From IMG/VR virus record IMGVR_UViG_2547132421_000005: a stretch of 34,077 nucleotides of DNA. One strand, written 5' to 3'. Within the stretch, counting starts at the first letter, position 1, and every line of letters starts with the position of its first letter. The notes below the pieces were generated by a model. It had not been told where the DNA came from. It searched no databases and saw nothing but the letters and a program-made list of their open reading frames with translations. The stretch comes from a virus. Taxonomy: Duplodnaviria; Heunggongvirae; Uroviricota; Caudoviricetes. Both the position numbers and the translations under genes were made by a program. This document shows positions 9,005 to 17,010 of the stretch, piece after piece.

Positions 9005-9586
9005 ATGAACAACTCATGGTGGCAGGAACTAATGCATTTTTTCCTGCAAGGAATGACACTTAAACAGTTGATTCATATGCTAATCATCCTAATCATATTG
9101 ATTATTGTTATGCCTGTAAGCGTAAAAGAATGGATAAACCTGCATAATCCAGAAATCCTTCCTCATTACTGGATGTATTACATCCTGTTGTTTTGCGTTA
9201 GCTATGTGCTTAACGGCGTTGTTAATTCCGCTTATCACGCTGTGACTGAAAGAATTGAGATATTCGCTGCTCAGAAGCGCAAATCTAAAGAAGAGAAATA
9301 CGTGCAAGATTTGTTTGATTCGTTAACTCTTGGAGAAAGAGCGTATTTGGCATTCGCTGTAGCCGCTAATAACCAGCTAAAGACAGAAAAGGGAAGCCCT
9401 GAAGCAATCTCATTGCTCGAAAAAGGGCTTCTTATTCGGGTACCTTCTGCTACTGGATATCCTGAAATCGACCGTTTTGTTATCCCGGAACGCTATAGAA
9501 ATGAGTGCTACATTAGGTTTGCTGGGAAGAAAGACAGTCTTATGGATGAACTTATCGCTCAGGATAAGCATGGCAAAAACAAGTAA
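9005..9586 (+). CDS. sieB: Superinfection exclusion protein B, 193 aa, membrane protein
   Basis: Track ORF; hydrophobic N-terminal segment LIHMLIILIILIIVMPVSV; recognised as lambda/P22-type SieB; plus strand within the leftward operon, as in lambda. Confidence 0.8.
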   Translation: MNNSWWQELMHFFLQGMTLKQLIHMLIILIILIIVMPVSVKEWINLHNPEILPHYWMYYILLFCVSYVLNGVVNSAYHAVTERIEIFAAQKRKSKEEKYVQDLFDSLTLGERAYLAFAVAANNQLKTEKGSPEAISLLEKGLLIRVPSATGYPEIDRFVIPERYRNECYIRFAGKKDSLMDELIAQDKHGKNK

Positions 9587-9602
9587 TTAGCAAATTAATT
9601 TA

Positions 9603-9875
9603 TCATCTCGCCGTCAGTTGTTTTGATTTCCGGTAGCCTGCCGCGTAAATGGCTACGTTTGGCAGGCAAATACTTCCACTGCATTCATCTGCCTTCTTGC
9701 AGCGAAGGCTTCCGAGTGATGCTGCTTTGTCTGCTCTGACGCAACCAGAGAGCTTTAGCGCAATTTTTCGCGCCAGTCGCTGTTCTTGCATTGCCTGCTC
9801 ACGTTGAGCCTGTCTGCGTGCTCTGCGGCGATTTCTGGCGTTATCGTCAGCCAGATATGTAATGACTACTGCCAT
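9603..9875 (-). CDS. N-like transcription antitermination protein (P22 gene 24 / phage 21 N type), 90 aa
   Basis: Track ORF; N-terminal arginine-rich motif NARNRRRARRQAQREQ; first gene downstream of pL/nutL. Confidence 0.75.
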   Translation of the reverse strand: MAVVITYLADDNARNRRRARRQAQREQAMQEQRLARKIALKLSGCVRADKAASLGSLRCKKADECSGSICLPNVAIYAAGYRKSKQLTAR

Positions 9876-9981
9876 GTTGACCTCCGATGATTGACTTTGG
9901 CGGTGACGCGCCGGGTGCTTATCTTCCGGTTGCCGTCGTGCAGCTGCACTTCACGTCACCCCAAAGCCAACTACTCTTTGG

Positions 9982-10023
9982 TTCCCGCATTTCGGCGGGA
10001 CAATCCCATCAATGTTAAAGAGC
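9982..10023 (-). promoter_or_regulatory. nutL (boxA GCTCTTTAACA plus boxB hairpin) on the pL transcript
   Basis: Minus-strand reading gctctttaaca followed about 14 nt later by the hairpin tcccgc-cgaaat-gcggga; the same boxA/boxB pair recurs at nutR. Read by eye. Confidence 0.55.
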
Positions 10024-10070
10024 CTGCCAATCTGTTCCGTTTGGCTACCAGCGTCCTGCCGATGACTTAA

Positions 10071-10098
10071 ATTTAAGATTTCTTTAACTATTGGTCAA
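10071..10098 (-). promoter_or_regulatory. Candidate pL promoter (TTGACC, 16 bp spacer, TTAAAT on the minus strand) within an operator-like TTAAG-rich region
   Basis: Reverse complement of 10071-10098 gives TTGACC aatagttaaagaaatc TTAAAT; oriented toward the N-like gene. Confidence 0.45.
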
Positions 10099-10159
10099 GA
10101 GTGTTTTTGAAGAAAACTTAAATTTTGTTGCGAAGCTTAAGTTTTGCTTTGATTTTTAA

Positions 10160-10188
10160 AGGAAAGAAAAAAAGGGGCGAATGCCCCT
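10160..10188 (-). terminator. Intrinsic terminator immediately after the repressor gene
   Basis: Minus-strand reading aggggc-attc-gcccct followed by seven T; lies at the repressor stop codon. Confidence 0.5.
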
Positions 10189-10838
10189 TATGGAAGGTTT
10201 GCTATTTTTGCATCGACAACTACACCGATGATTTTGCAGTTCCCGTTGATCTCAATCATCGGATATTGTGGGTTAAGTGGTTTTAGAAACCTTCTGCCAG
10301 CATCAATAACTAACTTCTTGAAAGTTGCCTCGTTTTCTCCTTCGAGCTTTGCCACTACCAGCTTCCCATTACGAGGTTCTACTTCAGGATCGACTAGTAT
10401 TATCATCCCTTCCGGGATGCTAAGACCGGCTGGAGCCGTCATCGAATCACCCTTTACGTCCAGCCAAAACGAATCTTCTGAACAATCTACGGTTGTATCG
10501 TACCAGTTATCTATTGCACGCTTATGATATGGCTCTACAGCTTCCATCCAACATCCTGCGCTTACCCAACTAATTAGAGGATACGAACCTCTTGGATCAT
10601 GCCTGCTGTGATAGGCAATGTTTGAAAGACTATCTTCTCCTTTCAACAAGTAATCAGGGGAGCACTGTAAAGCCTTGGCTAAAGCCAATAGGTTTTCGCC
10701 ATTGGGCTCAGTTTCAGAACGCTCCCATTGGGAAATAGCAACATTAGACACGCCAACCATCTTGCCAAGGGCAGCTTGCCTAATCTTAAGTTCTTTTCTG
10801 CGAGCGCGAATACGCTCACCCATCAGTTGTGTATTCAT
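10188..10838 (-). CDS. c2: P22 c2-type (phage 21 cI-type) repressor, 216 aa; HTH plus LexA-like S24 autocleavage domain
   Basis: Track ORF; MNTQLMGERIRARRKELKIRQAALGKMVGVSNVAISQWERSETEPNGENLLALAKAL recognised as P22 c2-like; C-terminal domain with GDSM serine motif. Confidence 0.9.
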   Translation of the reverse strand: MNTQLMGERIRARRKELKIRQAALGKMVGVSNVAISQWERSETEPNGENLLALAKALQCSPDYLLKGEDSLSNIAYHSRHDPRGSYPLISWVSAGCWMEAVEPYHKRAIDNWYDTTVDCSEDSFWLDVKGDSMTAPAGLSIPEGMIILVDPEVEPRNGKLVVAKLEGENEATFKKLVIDAGRRFLKPLNPQYPMIEINGNCKIIGVVVDAKIANLP

Positions 10839-10840
10839 AG

Positions 10841-10906
10841 TTAAGACATCTTAAATAAACTTGACTTAAGATTCCTTTGATAGATAATTTAAGTGTTCTT
10901 TAATTT
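10841..10906. promoter_or_regulatory. Divergent OR/PR/PRM region: three TTAAG...CTTAA-type operators and PR (TTGACT, 16 bp, GATAAT)
   Basis: ttaagacatcttaaat (10841-10856), acttaagattcctttgat and atttaagtgttctttaatt palindrome-like sites; PR -35 ttgact at 10861-10866 and -10 gataat at 10883-10888, upstream of the cro ATG at 10919. Confidence 0.6.
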
Positions 10907-10918
10907 CGGAGCGAGTCT

Positions 10919-11104
10919 ATGTACAAGAAAGATGTTATCGACCACTTCGGAACCCAGCGTGCGGTAGCTAAAGCGTTAGGCATTAGCGATGCAGCAGTCT
11001 CTCAGTGGAAGGAAGTCATCCCAGAGAAAGACGCCTATCGACTGGAAGTCGTTACAGCTGGCGCCCTGAAGTATCAAGAAAGTGCTTATCGCAAAGCGGC
11101 ATAA
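10919..11104 (+). CDS. cro: Cro, 61 aa (P22-type)
   Basis: Track ORF; MYKKDVIDHFGTQRAVAKALGISDAAVSQWKEVIPEKDAYRLEVVTAGALKYQE recognised as P22 Cro. Confidence 0.9.
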   Translation: MYKKDVIDHFGTQRAVAKALGISDAAVSQWKEVIPEKDAYRLEVVTAGALKYQESAYRKAA

Positions 11105-11110
11105 GCAAAT

Positions 11111-11156
11111 TGCTCTTTAACAGTCATGGTCCTTATTCCCGCCGAAATGCGGGAAT
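11111..11156 (+). promoter_or_regulatory. nutR (boxA TGCTCTTTAACA plus boxB hairpin)
   Basis: tgctctttaaca at 11111-11122, then attcccgccgaaatgcgggaat hairpin at 11135-11156; same elements as nutL. Confidence 0.6.
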
Positions 11157-11212
11157 ACAACGCGCATCAGTTGGTGCGTATAACTTCTTATTTGTTAAGG
11201 AAATACTTACAT

Positions 11213-11491
11213 ATGCAACTTACAAGTACTCGCAAGAAAGCGAATGCAATCACAAGCAACATCCTGAATCGAATTGCTGTACGTGGTCAGCGAAAGGTTG
11301 CTGATGCATTAGGGATTAATGAATCGCAAATTTCGCGATGGAAAGACAGCTTTATCCCAAAGATGGCCATGCTTCTGGCTGTGCTGGAGTGGGGTGTTGA
11401 AGACGAGGAATTAGCAAAGCTAGCAAAGAAAGTAGCCATGGTGCTGACAAAAGAAAAGCCTCAAGACTGCTGCAACAGTTTTGAGGCCTGA
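11213..11491 (+). CDS. c1: c1 (CII-like) transcriptional activator, 92 aa
   Basis: Internal ATG of track ORF 11126..11491 (MQLTSTRKKANAITSNILNRIAVRGQRKVADALGINESQISRW...), HTH; the upstream part of the track ORF spans nutR and is not coding. Confidence 0.8.
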   Translation: MQLTSTRKKANAITSNILNRIAVRGQRKVADALGINESQISRWKDSFIPKMAMLLAVLEWGVEDEELAKLAKKVAMVLTKEKPQDCCNSFEA

Positions 11492-11525
11492 TGTAGAAAG
11501 ACTGGATCAATCCACAGGAGTCATT

Positions 11526-12425
11526 ATGACAAATACAGCAAAAATACTCAACTTCGGCAGAGGTAACTTTACCGGACAGGAGCGTAATGTGGCAGATCTC
11601 GATGATGGTTACGCCAGACTATCAAATATGCTGCTTGAGGCTTATTCAGGCGCAGATCTGACCAAGCGACAGTTTAAAGTGCTGCTTGCCATTCTGCGTA
11701 AAACCTATGGGTGGAATAAACCAATGGACAGAATCACCGATTCTCAACTTAGCGAGATTACAAAGTTACCTGTCAAACGGTGCAATGAAGCCAAGTTAGA
11801 ACTCGTCAGAATGAATATTATCAAGCAGCAAGGCGGCATGTTTGGACCAAATAAAAACATCTCAGAATGGTGTATCCCTCAAAACGAGGGAAAATCCCCT
11901 AAAACGAGGGATAAAACATCCCTCAAATTGGGGGATTGCTATCCCTCAAAACAGGGGGACACAAAAGACACTATTACAAAAGAAAAAAGAAAAGATTATT
12001 CGTCCGAGAATTCTGGCGAATCCTCTGACCAGCCAGAAAACGATCTTTCTGTGGTTAAACCGGATGCTGCAATTCAGAGCGGCAGTAAGTGGGGAACAGC
12101 AGAAGACCTGACCGCCGCAGAGTGGATGTTTGACATGGTGAAGACCATCGCGCCATCAGCCAGAAAACCGAATTTTGCTGGGTGGGCTAACGATATCCGC
12201 CTGATGCGTGAACGTGACGGACGTAACCACCGCGATATGTGTGTGCTTTTCCGCTGGGCCTGCCAGGACAACTTCTGGTCCGGTAACGTGCTGAGTCCGG
12301 CCAAACTCCGCGACAAGTGGACCCAGCTCGAAATCAACCGTAACAAGCAACAGGCTGGCGTGACAGCCGGAAAACCAAAACTCGACCTGACAAACACTGA
12401 CTGGATTTACGGGGTGGATCTATGA
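11526..12425 (+). CDS. O: Lambda-type replication initiator O, 299 aa
   Basis: Internal ATG of track ORF 11481..12425 (MTNTAKILNFGRGNFTGQERNVADLDDGYARLSNMLLEAYSG...) recognised as lambda O; contains the ori iterons. Confidence 0.95.
   Translation: MTNTAKILNFGRGNFTGQERNVADLDDGYARLSNMLLEAYSGADLTKRQFKVLLAILRKTYGWNKPMDRITDSQLSEITKLPVKRCNEAKLELVRMNIIKQQGGMFGPNKNISEWCIPQNEGKSPKTRDKTSLKLGDCYPSKQGDTKDTITKEKRKDYSSENSGESSDQPENDLSVVKPDAAIQSGSKWGTAEDLTAAEWMFDMVKTIAPSARKPNFAGWANDIRLMRERDGRNHRDMCVLFRWACQDNFWSGNVLSPAKLRDKWTQLEINRNKQQAGVTAGKPKLDLTNTDWIYGVDL
11873..11960. repeat. ori-lambda iterons: four roughly 18-bp repeats (tccctcaaaacgaggga-like), followed by an AT-rich stretch to about 12000
   Basis: tccctcaaaacgaggga / tcccctaaaacgaggga / atccctcaaattggggga / atccctcaaaacaggggga seen directly; then caaaagacactattacaaaagaaaaaagaaaag. 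Confidence 0.8.
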
Positions 12426-13123
12426 AAAACATCGCCGCACAGATGGTTAACTTTGACCGTGAGCAGATGCGTCGGATCGCCAACAACATGCCGGAACAGT
12501 ACGACGAAAAGCCACAGGTACAGCAGGTAGCGCAGATCATCAACGGTGTGTTCAGCCAGTTACTGGCAACTTTCCCGGCGAGTCTGGCTAACCGTGACCA
12601 GAACGAACTGAACGAAATCCGCCGCCAGTGGGTTCTGGCTTTCCGGGAAAACGGGATCACCACAATGGAACAGGTTAACGCAGGAATGCGCGTAGCCCGT
12701 CGGCAGAATCGACCATTTCTGCCATCACCCGGGCAGTTTGTTGCATGGTGCCGGGAAGAAGCATCCGTTATCGCCGGACTGCCAAACGTCAGCGAGCTGG
12801 TTGATATGGTTTACGAGTATTGCCGGAAGCGAGGCCTGTATCCGGATGCGGAGTCTTATCCGTGGAAATCAAACGCGCACTACTGGCTGGTTACCAACCT
12901 GTATCAGAACATGCGGGCCAATGCGCTTACTGATGCGGAATTACGGCGCAAGGCTGCCGATGAACTGACCTGTATGACAGCGCGAATTAACCGTGGTGAG
13001 ACGATACCTGAACCAGTAAAACAACTTCCTGTTATGGGCGGTAGACCTCTAAATCGTGCACAGGCTCTGGCGAAGATCGCAGAAATTAAAGCTAAGTTCG
13101 GACTGAAAGGAGCAAGTGTATGA
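12422..13123 (+). CDS. P: Replication protein P (DnaB loader), 233 aa
   Basis: Track ORF; MKNIAAQMVNFDREQMRRIANNMPEQYDEKPQVQQVAQIINGVFSQLLATF recognised as lambda P. Confidence 0.95.
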   Translation: MKNIAAQMVNFDREQMRRIANNMPEQYDEKPQVQQVAQIINGVFSQLLATFPASLANRDQNELNEIRRQWVLAFRENGITTMEQVNAGMRVARRQNRPFLPSPGQFVAWCREEASVIAGLPNVSELVDMVYEYCRKRGLYPDAESYPWKSNAHYWLVTNLYQNMRANALTDAELRRKAADELTCMTARINRGETIPEPVKQLPVMGGRPLNRAQALAKIAEIKAKFGLKGASV

Positions 13124-13410
13124 CGGGCAAAGAGGCAATTATTCATTACCTGGGGACGCATAATAGCTTCTGTGCGCCGGACGTTGCCGCGCTAACAGGC
13201 GCAACAGTAACCAGCATAAATCAGGCCGCGGCTAAAATGGCACGGGCAGGTCTTCTGGTTATCGAAGGTAAGGTCTGGCGAACGGTGTATTACCGGTTTG
13301 CTACCAGGGAAGAACGGGAAGGAAAGATGAGCACGAACCTGATTTTTAAGGAGTGTCGCCAGAGTGCCGCGATGAAACGGGTATTGGCGGTATATGGAGT
13401 TAAAAGATGA
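13120..13410 (+). CDS. ren: Ren, 96 aa
   Basis: Track ORF; MTGKEAIIHYLGTHNSFCAPDVAALTGATVTSINQAAAKMARAGLLVIEGK recognised as lambda Ren. Confidence 0.9.
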   Translation: MTGKEAIIHYLGTHNSFCAPDVAALTGATVTSINQAAAKMARAGLLVIEGKVWRTVYYRFATREEREGKMSTNLIFKECRQSAAMKRVLAVYGVKR

Positions 13411-13435
13411 CCATCTACATTACTGAGCTAATAAC

Positions 13436-13467
13436 AGGCCTGCTGGTAATCGCAGGCCTTTTTATTT
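13436..13467 (+). terminator. tR2-like intrinsic terminator between ren and ninB
   Basis: aggcctgc-tggtaatc-gcaggcct: 8-bp perfect stem followed by tttttattt. Confidence 0.55.
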
Positions 13468-13483
13468 GGGGGAGAGGGAAGTC

Positions 13484-13924
13484 ATGAAAAAACTAACCTT
13501 TGAAATTCGATCTCCAGCACATCAGCAAAACGCTATTCACGCAGTACAGCAAATCCTTCCAGACCCAACCAAACCAATCGTAGTAACCATTCAGGAACGC
13601 AACCGCAGCTTAGACCAAAACAGGAAGCTATGGGCCTGCTTAGGTGACGTCTCTCGTCAGGTTGAATGGCATGGTCGCTGGCTGGATGCAGAAAGCTGGA
13701 AGTGTGTGTTTACCGCAGCATTAAAGCAGCAGGATGTTGTTCCTAACCTTGCCGGGAATGGCTTTGTGGTAATAGGCCAGTCAACCAGCAGGATGCGTGT
13801 AGGCGAATTTGCGGAGCTATTAGAGCTTATACAGGCATTCGGTACAGAGCGTGGCGTTAAGTGGTCAGACGAAGCGAGACTGGCTCTGGAGTGGAAAGCG
13901 AGATGGGGAGATCGGGCTGCATGA
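13484..13924 (+). CDS. ninB: NinB (Orf-family recombination mediator), 146 aa
   Basis: Internal ATG of track ORF 13466..13924 (MKKLTFEIRSPAHQQNAIHAVQQILPDPTKPIVVTIQERNRSLDQNRKLWA...). Confidence 0.9.
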   Translation: MKKLTFEIRSPAHQQNAIHAVQQILPDPTKPIVVTIQERNRSLDQNRKLWACLGDVSRQVEWHGRWLDAESWKCVFTAALKQQDVVPNLAGNGFVVIGQSTSRMRVGEFAELLELIQAFGTERGVKWSDEARLALEWKARWGDRAA

Positions 13925-14452
13925 CTATCAAATCAAATACGCCAGCACACGACAAGGACTGCTGGCAAACGAACGCCGCTTTGGCTTTTTGATGCACTGG
14001 ATATTGAGTTTGGATTCTGGCTGGATTCGGCAGCGAGCGACAAAAATGCTCTGTGTGCTCACTGGCTAACTGAGGCCGACGACGCGCTCAATTCTGAGTG
14101 GGTAAGCCACGGTGCAATCTGGAATAACCCACCGTACAGCAATATCAGGCCGTGGGTGGAAAAAGCTGCTGAGCAGTGCATACAACAGCAACAGACGGTA
14201 GTTATGCTTGTGCCAGAGGATATGTCAGTCGGATGGTTCAGCAAGGCTCTGGAGAGTGTCGACGAAGTTCGCATTATCACTGATGGACGGATTAATTTTA
14301 TCGAACCATCGACAGGGCTGGAGAAGAAGGGAAACAGCAAAGGCTCCATGCTGCTGATTTGGCGACCGTTCATCAGTCCTCGACGGATGTTTACTACCGT
14401 ATCCAAAGCGGCATTGATGGCGATCGGGCAGGGCGTCAGGAGGGCGGCATGA
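13921..14452 (+). pseudogene. Phage Dam-like DNA N6-adenine methyltransferase, disrupted by a +1 frameshift (apparent 4-bp tandem duplication aacg-aacg at 13968-13975)
   Basis: ATG at 13921 overlaps the ninB stop; frame 1 reads MTIKSNTPAHDKDCWQTNAALAF then stop; frame 2 continues PLWLFDALDIEFGF...AIWNNPPYSNIRPWVEKAAEQ... with the NPPY catalytic motif, to 14452. Removing one aacg copy gives a continuous ...DCWQTPLWLFDALD... reading. Confidence 0.7.
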
Positions 14453-14625
14453 GGCGACAGCGACGAAGTTTCACCGACATCATCTGCGAAAACTGCAAAT
14501 ACCTTCCAACGAAACGCTCCAGAAATAAACGCAAGCCAATCCCAAAAGAATCTGACGTAAAAACCTTCAATTACACAGCTCACCTGTGGGATATCCGGTG
14601 GCTAAGATATCGTGCGAGGAAATGA
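14449..14625 (+). CDS. ninE: NinE, 58 aa
   Basis: Internal ATG of track ORF 14359..14625: [52 protein letters not shown]; start overlaps the Dam-like stop (ATGA). Confidence 0.8.
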   Translation: MRRQRRSFTDIICENCKYLPTKRSRNKRKPIPKESDVKTFNYTAHLWDIRWLRYRARK

Positions 14626-14969
14626 CAATGGATTATTCACAGTTAAGTGATTTTGAAATTAACAGAATGGTAGGAGACATAATTTTTAAAGGCCTTTGGG
14701 CAAGTAAACCGGAAACATCAGGGAATAACACCAACAAATGGTATTACGGAAATGCTGATACAACTTTTGAGCCATTAAATCATTTGCCTGACTACTGCAA
14801 TGATCCGAGCGCTTCCTGGCCGATTATTGAGAAATACAGGATTTCTATCTTAGACCAGTTAACTGAATGGTGTGTGGATGCAAAAGGCGTAAGCCCAATA
14901 TTTGATACCAGACCTCTCCGCGCCGCCATGATTGTCTTTCTCCTGATGCAGGAGGCCAATAATGCTTAG
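14622..14969 (+). CDS. Hypothetical nin-region protein (NinX/DUF2591-like), about 115 aa
   Basis: Within track ORF 14586..14969; ATG at 14622 overlaps the ninE stop. Start uncertain (14622 or 14628). Confidence 0.5.
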   Translation: MTMDYSQLSDFEINRMVGDIIFKGLWASKPETSGNNTNKWYYGNADTTFEPLNHLPDYCNDPSASWPIIEKYRISILDQLTEWCVDAKGVSPIFDTRPLRAAMIVFLLMQEANNA

Positions 14970-15156
14970 CCCATCTCAATCCCTTCAATACCTGAAAGGA
15001 AGCATAGAGCGGGCTTCAATGTGCACAGAGTGGATTCTATCTAGGTTTAGCGCATACAGAAGATTGCCGGTAAAGGGCATGCCAAGCAAGTCGATGCTGC
15101 ATATGCAAAAGAATGCGCGCTGGAAGGTATGGCGAGAACACAGGTTATCTGGCTGA
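14962..15156 (+). CDS. Hypothetical small protein in NinF position, 64 aa
   Basis: Track ORF; the first 18 residues [18 protein letters not shown] resemble lambda NinF but the rest diverges. Confidence 0.35.
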   Translation: MLSPSQSLQYLKGSIERASMCTEWILSRFSAYRRLPVKGMPSKSMLHMQKNARWKVWREHRLSG

Positions 15157-15175
15157 AAGAGGGGGTTATTAAGGC

Positions 15176-15537
15176 GTGAATACCTACAGCATCACATTAC
15201 CCTGGCCTCCGAGCAATAATCGCTATTACCGCCATAATCGCGGGCGCACGCACGTCAGCGCAGAGGGGCAGGCATACCGCGATAACGTCGCCCGAATCAT
15301 TAAAAACGCAATGCTGGATATCGGCCTGGCTATGCCTGTGAAAATCCGCATTGAGTGCCACATGCCGGATCGCCGTCGCCGTGACCTGGATAATCTGCAA
15401 AAAGCCGCTTTTGACGCACTCACTAAAGCAGGTTTCTAGCTGGATGATGCTCAGGTCGTTGATTACCGCGTTGTGAAGATGCCTGTTACCAAAGGTGGGA
15501 GGCTGGAACTGACCATCACCGAAATGGGGAATGAATG
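15176..15537 (+). pseudogene. rusA: RusA Holliday-junction resolvase interrupted by an in-frame amber codon (TAG at 15437-15439, codon 88)
   Basis: Track ORF 15176..15439 stops after ...DALTKAGF; the same frame continues [32 protein letters not shown] to a TGA at 15535-15537, which I recognise as the RusA C-terminus. Confidence 0.75.
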
Positions 15538-15675
15538 ATGTTTGAGTTTAATATGGCAGAACTTCTTCGCCACCGCTGGGGGCGTCTGCGCTTATATCGT
15601 TTCCCCGGTTCTGTTTTGACCGATTACCGAATACTGAAGAATTACGCCAAAACACTGACAGGAGCAGGAGTATGA
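15538..15675 (+). CDS. ylcG: YlcG-like small protein, 45 aa (not in track)
   Basis: My own translation: MFEFNMAELLRHRWGRLRLYRFPGSVLTDYRILKNYAKTLTGAGV; ATG overlaps the rusA stop. Hand-read. Confidence 0.55.
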   Translation: MFEFNMAELLRHRWGRLRLYRFPGSVLTDYRILKNYAKTLTGAGV

Positions 15676-15760
15676 AGTCAGAGATAACAATCAACTAATA
15701 CTGTTTTGTTGATTTTTGCTTGTAATTGGCGTTCTGGTCTGAGTTTTGTGGAGTAAGTTG

Positions 15761-16138
15761 ATGCGTGATATTCAGATGGTTCTTGAGCGTTGGGGAGCGT
15801 GGGCGGCTAATAATCATGAAGATGTGACCTGGTCGTCCATTGCCGCCGGTTTTAAGGGATTAATTCCTTCAAAAGTAAAATCTCGCCCACAATGTTGTGA
15901 CGATGACGCGATGATCATTTGCGGGTGCATGGCCCGTCTGAAAAAGAACAACAGCGATTTGCATGATTTATTGGTGGACTATTATGTCGGCGGCATGACT
16001 TTTATGGCGCTTGCACGTAAGCATGGGCGATCTGATTGTTGGGTTGGCAGGATGCTTCAGAAAGCTGAGGGCGTAGTGGAGGGTATGCTGATGGTGTTGG
16101 ATCTCCGATTGGAGATGGATGCTGATTGTTCGAAATAA
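15761..16138 (+). CDS. Late-gene antiterminator Q (phage 82 / DLP12 QuuD type), 125 aa
   Basis: Internal ATG of track ORF 15746..16138: [60 protein letters not shown]; Cys cluster typical of Q82-type proteins. Confidence 0.85.
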   Translation: MRDIQMVLERWGAWAANNHEDVTWSSIAAGFKGLIPSKVKSRPQCCDDDAMIICGCMARLKKNNSDLHDLLVDYYVGGMTFMALARKHGRSDCWVGRMLQKAEGVVEGMLMVLDLRLEMDADCSK

Positions 16139-16150
16139 TTAAAGGAAAAG

Positions 16151-16180
16151 TTGCTGTCTGATTGTCATTAGTCTAACATT
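16151..16180 (+). promoter_or_regulatory. Candidate late promoter pR' / qut region (TTGCTG, 17 bp, TAACAT)
   Basis: Position immediately downstream of Q and about 60 nt upstream of the tR'-like terminator; hexamers read by eye, weak match. Confidence 0.25.
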
Positions 16181-16237
16181 TTAAATGTTGGAATCGCAAC
16201 GTAGTTATTATCATATAACAGCTTGTTTCCTGATTTA

Positions 16238-16266
16238 GCCAGCCTCCCCAAAGGCTGGTCTTTTTC
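16238..16266 (+). terminator. tR'-like intrinsic terminator downstream of Q
   Basis: gccagcc-tccccaaa-ggctggt hairpin followed by ctttttct. Confidence 0.55.
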
Positions 16267-16293
16267 TAATAAGTATTATTTCGGGTAGGGATT

Positions 16294-16818
16294 TTATTGT
16301 TTAACCCATAATAATTCATTGACATTGAATCCCAACTTTTGAGCGGTTCGCACATAGTCTGCTTTTACTTTATCTGGAATAGTTGGGGTCCTTGCCAGAA
16401 TCCATAGGTATTCTCTGTTCGGACCACTGACAAGAGCATACTTATACTCATCATCCAGTTTGATTACATTATAGCCACCATAGAAGGGGCCAAAAAACGA
16501 AACCTTCAATGCTGCAGTTTTAGTATCTCCAGTAAAGTATGCTTTACCTTCGCTCTCGCTCCATTTATTTTTCGTTGGATCGTATCCACGGTTAAGTACA
16601 CGAATCCCTCCGTCGTTCCGTTTTCCATAAGTAGCGCTGACCTGTTCCAGACCACGTTCGAACCGGTTCTCGAGGCGAGCTATTTCATACCATTTTCCGA
16701 GGTAGCGGTTGGCGTCAAAATTTGTAATCGGCTGCACACCTTTAGGTGGTGTCGGGGCCTTACATGCTATAAGAGTGAAAGAGAGTGCAATGCCAGTCAA
16801 CACAGGCCATAACTTCAT
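16294..16818 (-). CDS. blc: Blc-like outer-membrane lipocalin lipoprotein, 174 aa
   Basis: Track ORF; signal peptide plus lipobox LIAC; YLGKWYEIARLENRFERGLEQVSATY is the lipocalin signature of Blc. Confidence 0.85.
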   Translation of the reverse strand: MKLWPVLTGIALSFTLIACKAPTPPKGVQPITNFDANRYLGKWYEIARLENRFERGLEQVSATYGKRNDGGIRVLNRGYDPTKNKWSESEGKAYFTGDTKTAALKVSFFGPFYGGYNVIKLDDEYKYALVSGPNREYLWILARTPTIPDKVKADYVRTAQKLGFNVNELLWVKQ

Positions 16819-17010
16819 AATAAATCCTGTACTTTTGATAGTTGAGAGTAAGTATGAAAGATAGATGATTACGACCGATCACTTAAAGAACTTTCATACT
16901 ATATTAGGAATAGTCCATAACAGAAAAATTGTCAGTGATGACGCCAGAAAGGCAATTTATTCCGTGCACTACACAGTTTATGTGTTAATGAATTAGTCAA
17001 GGGGGAGAAT

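Noticed and set aside
8830-9012. 60-aa minus-strand ORF at the position where lambda has ral
   Set aside because: No similarity to Ral as far as I can recall, no obvious ribosome-binding site, and it overlaps the repeat-rich sieB upstream region; treated as non-coding.
11126-11212. N-terminal extension of the c1 ORF (MVLIPAEMREYNAHQ...)
   Set aside because: This stretch contains the nutR boxA/boxB elements; the recognisable CII-like protein starts at the internal ATG at 11213.
11873-11960. Tandem direct repeats that could be mistaken for a CRISPR array
   Set aside because: Only four roughly 18-bp repeats with no spacers of CRISPR size, inside the O gene and followed by an AT-rich segment; this is the ori-lambda iteron array.
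14962-15156. Possibility that the NinF-position ORF is a frameshifted ninF
   Set aside because: Only the first roughly 18 residues resemble lambda NinF, and I could not find the remaining NinF sequence in the other two frames; more likely a divergent or replaced gene. Kept as a low-confidence CDS.
15176-15439. Treating the TAG in rusA as a programmed recoding signal
   Set aside because: I know of no recoding at this site; a simple nonsense mutation or base-call error is more parsimonious. Reported as a pseudogene with a check suggested.
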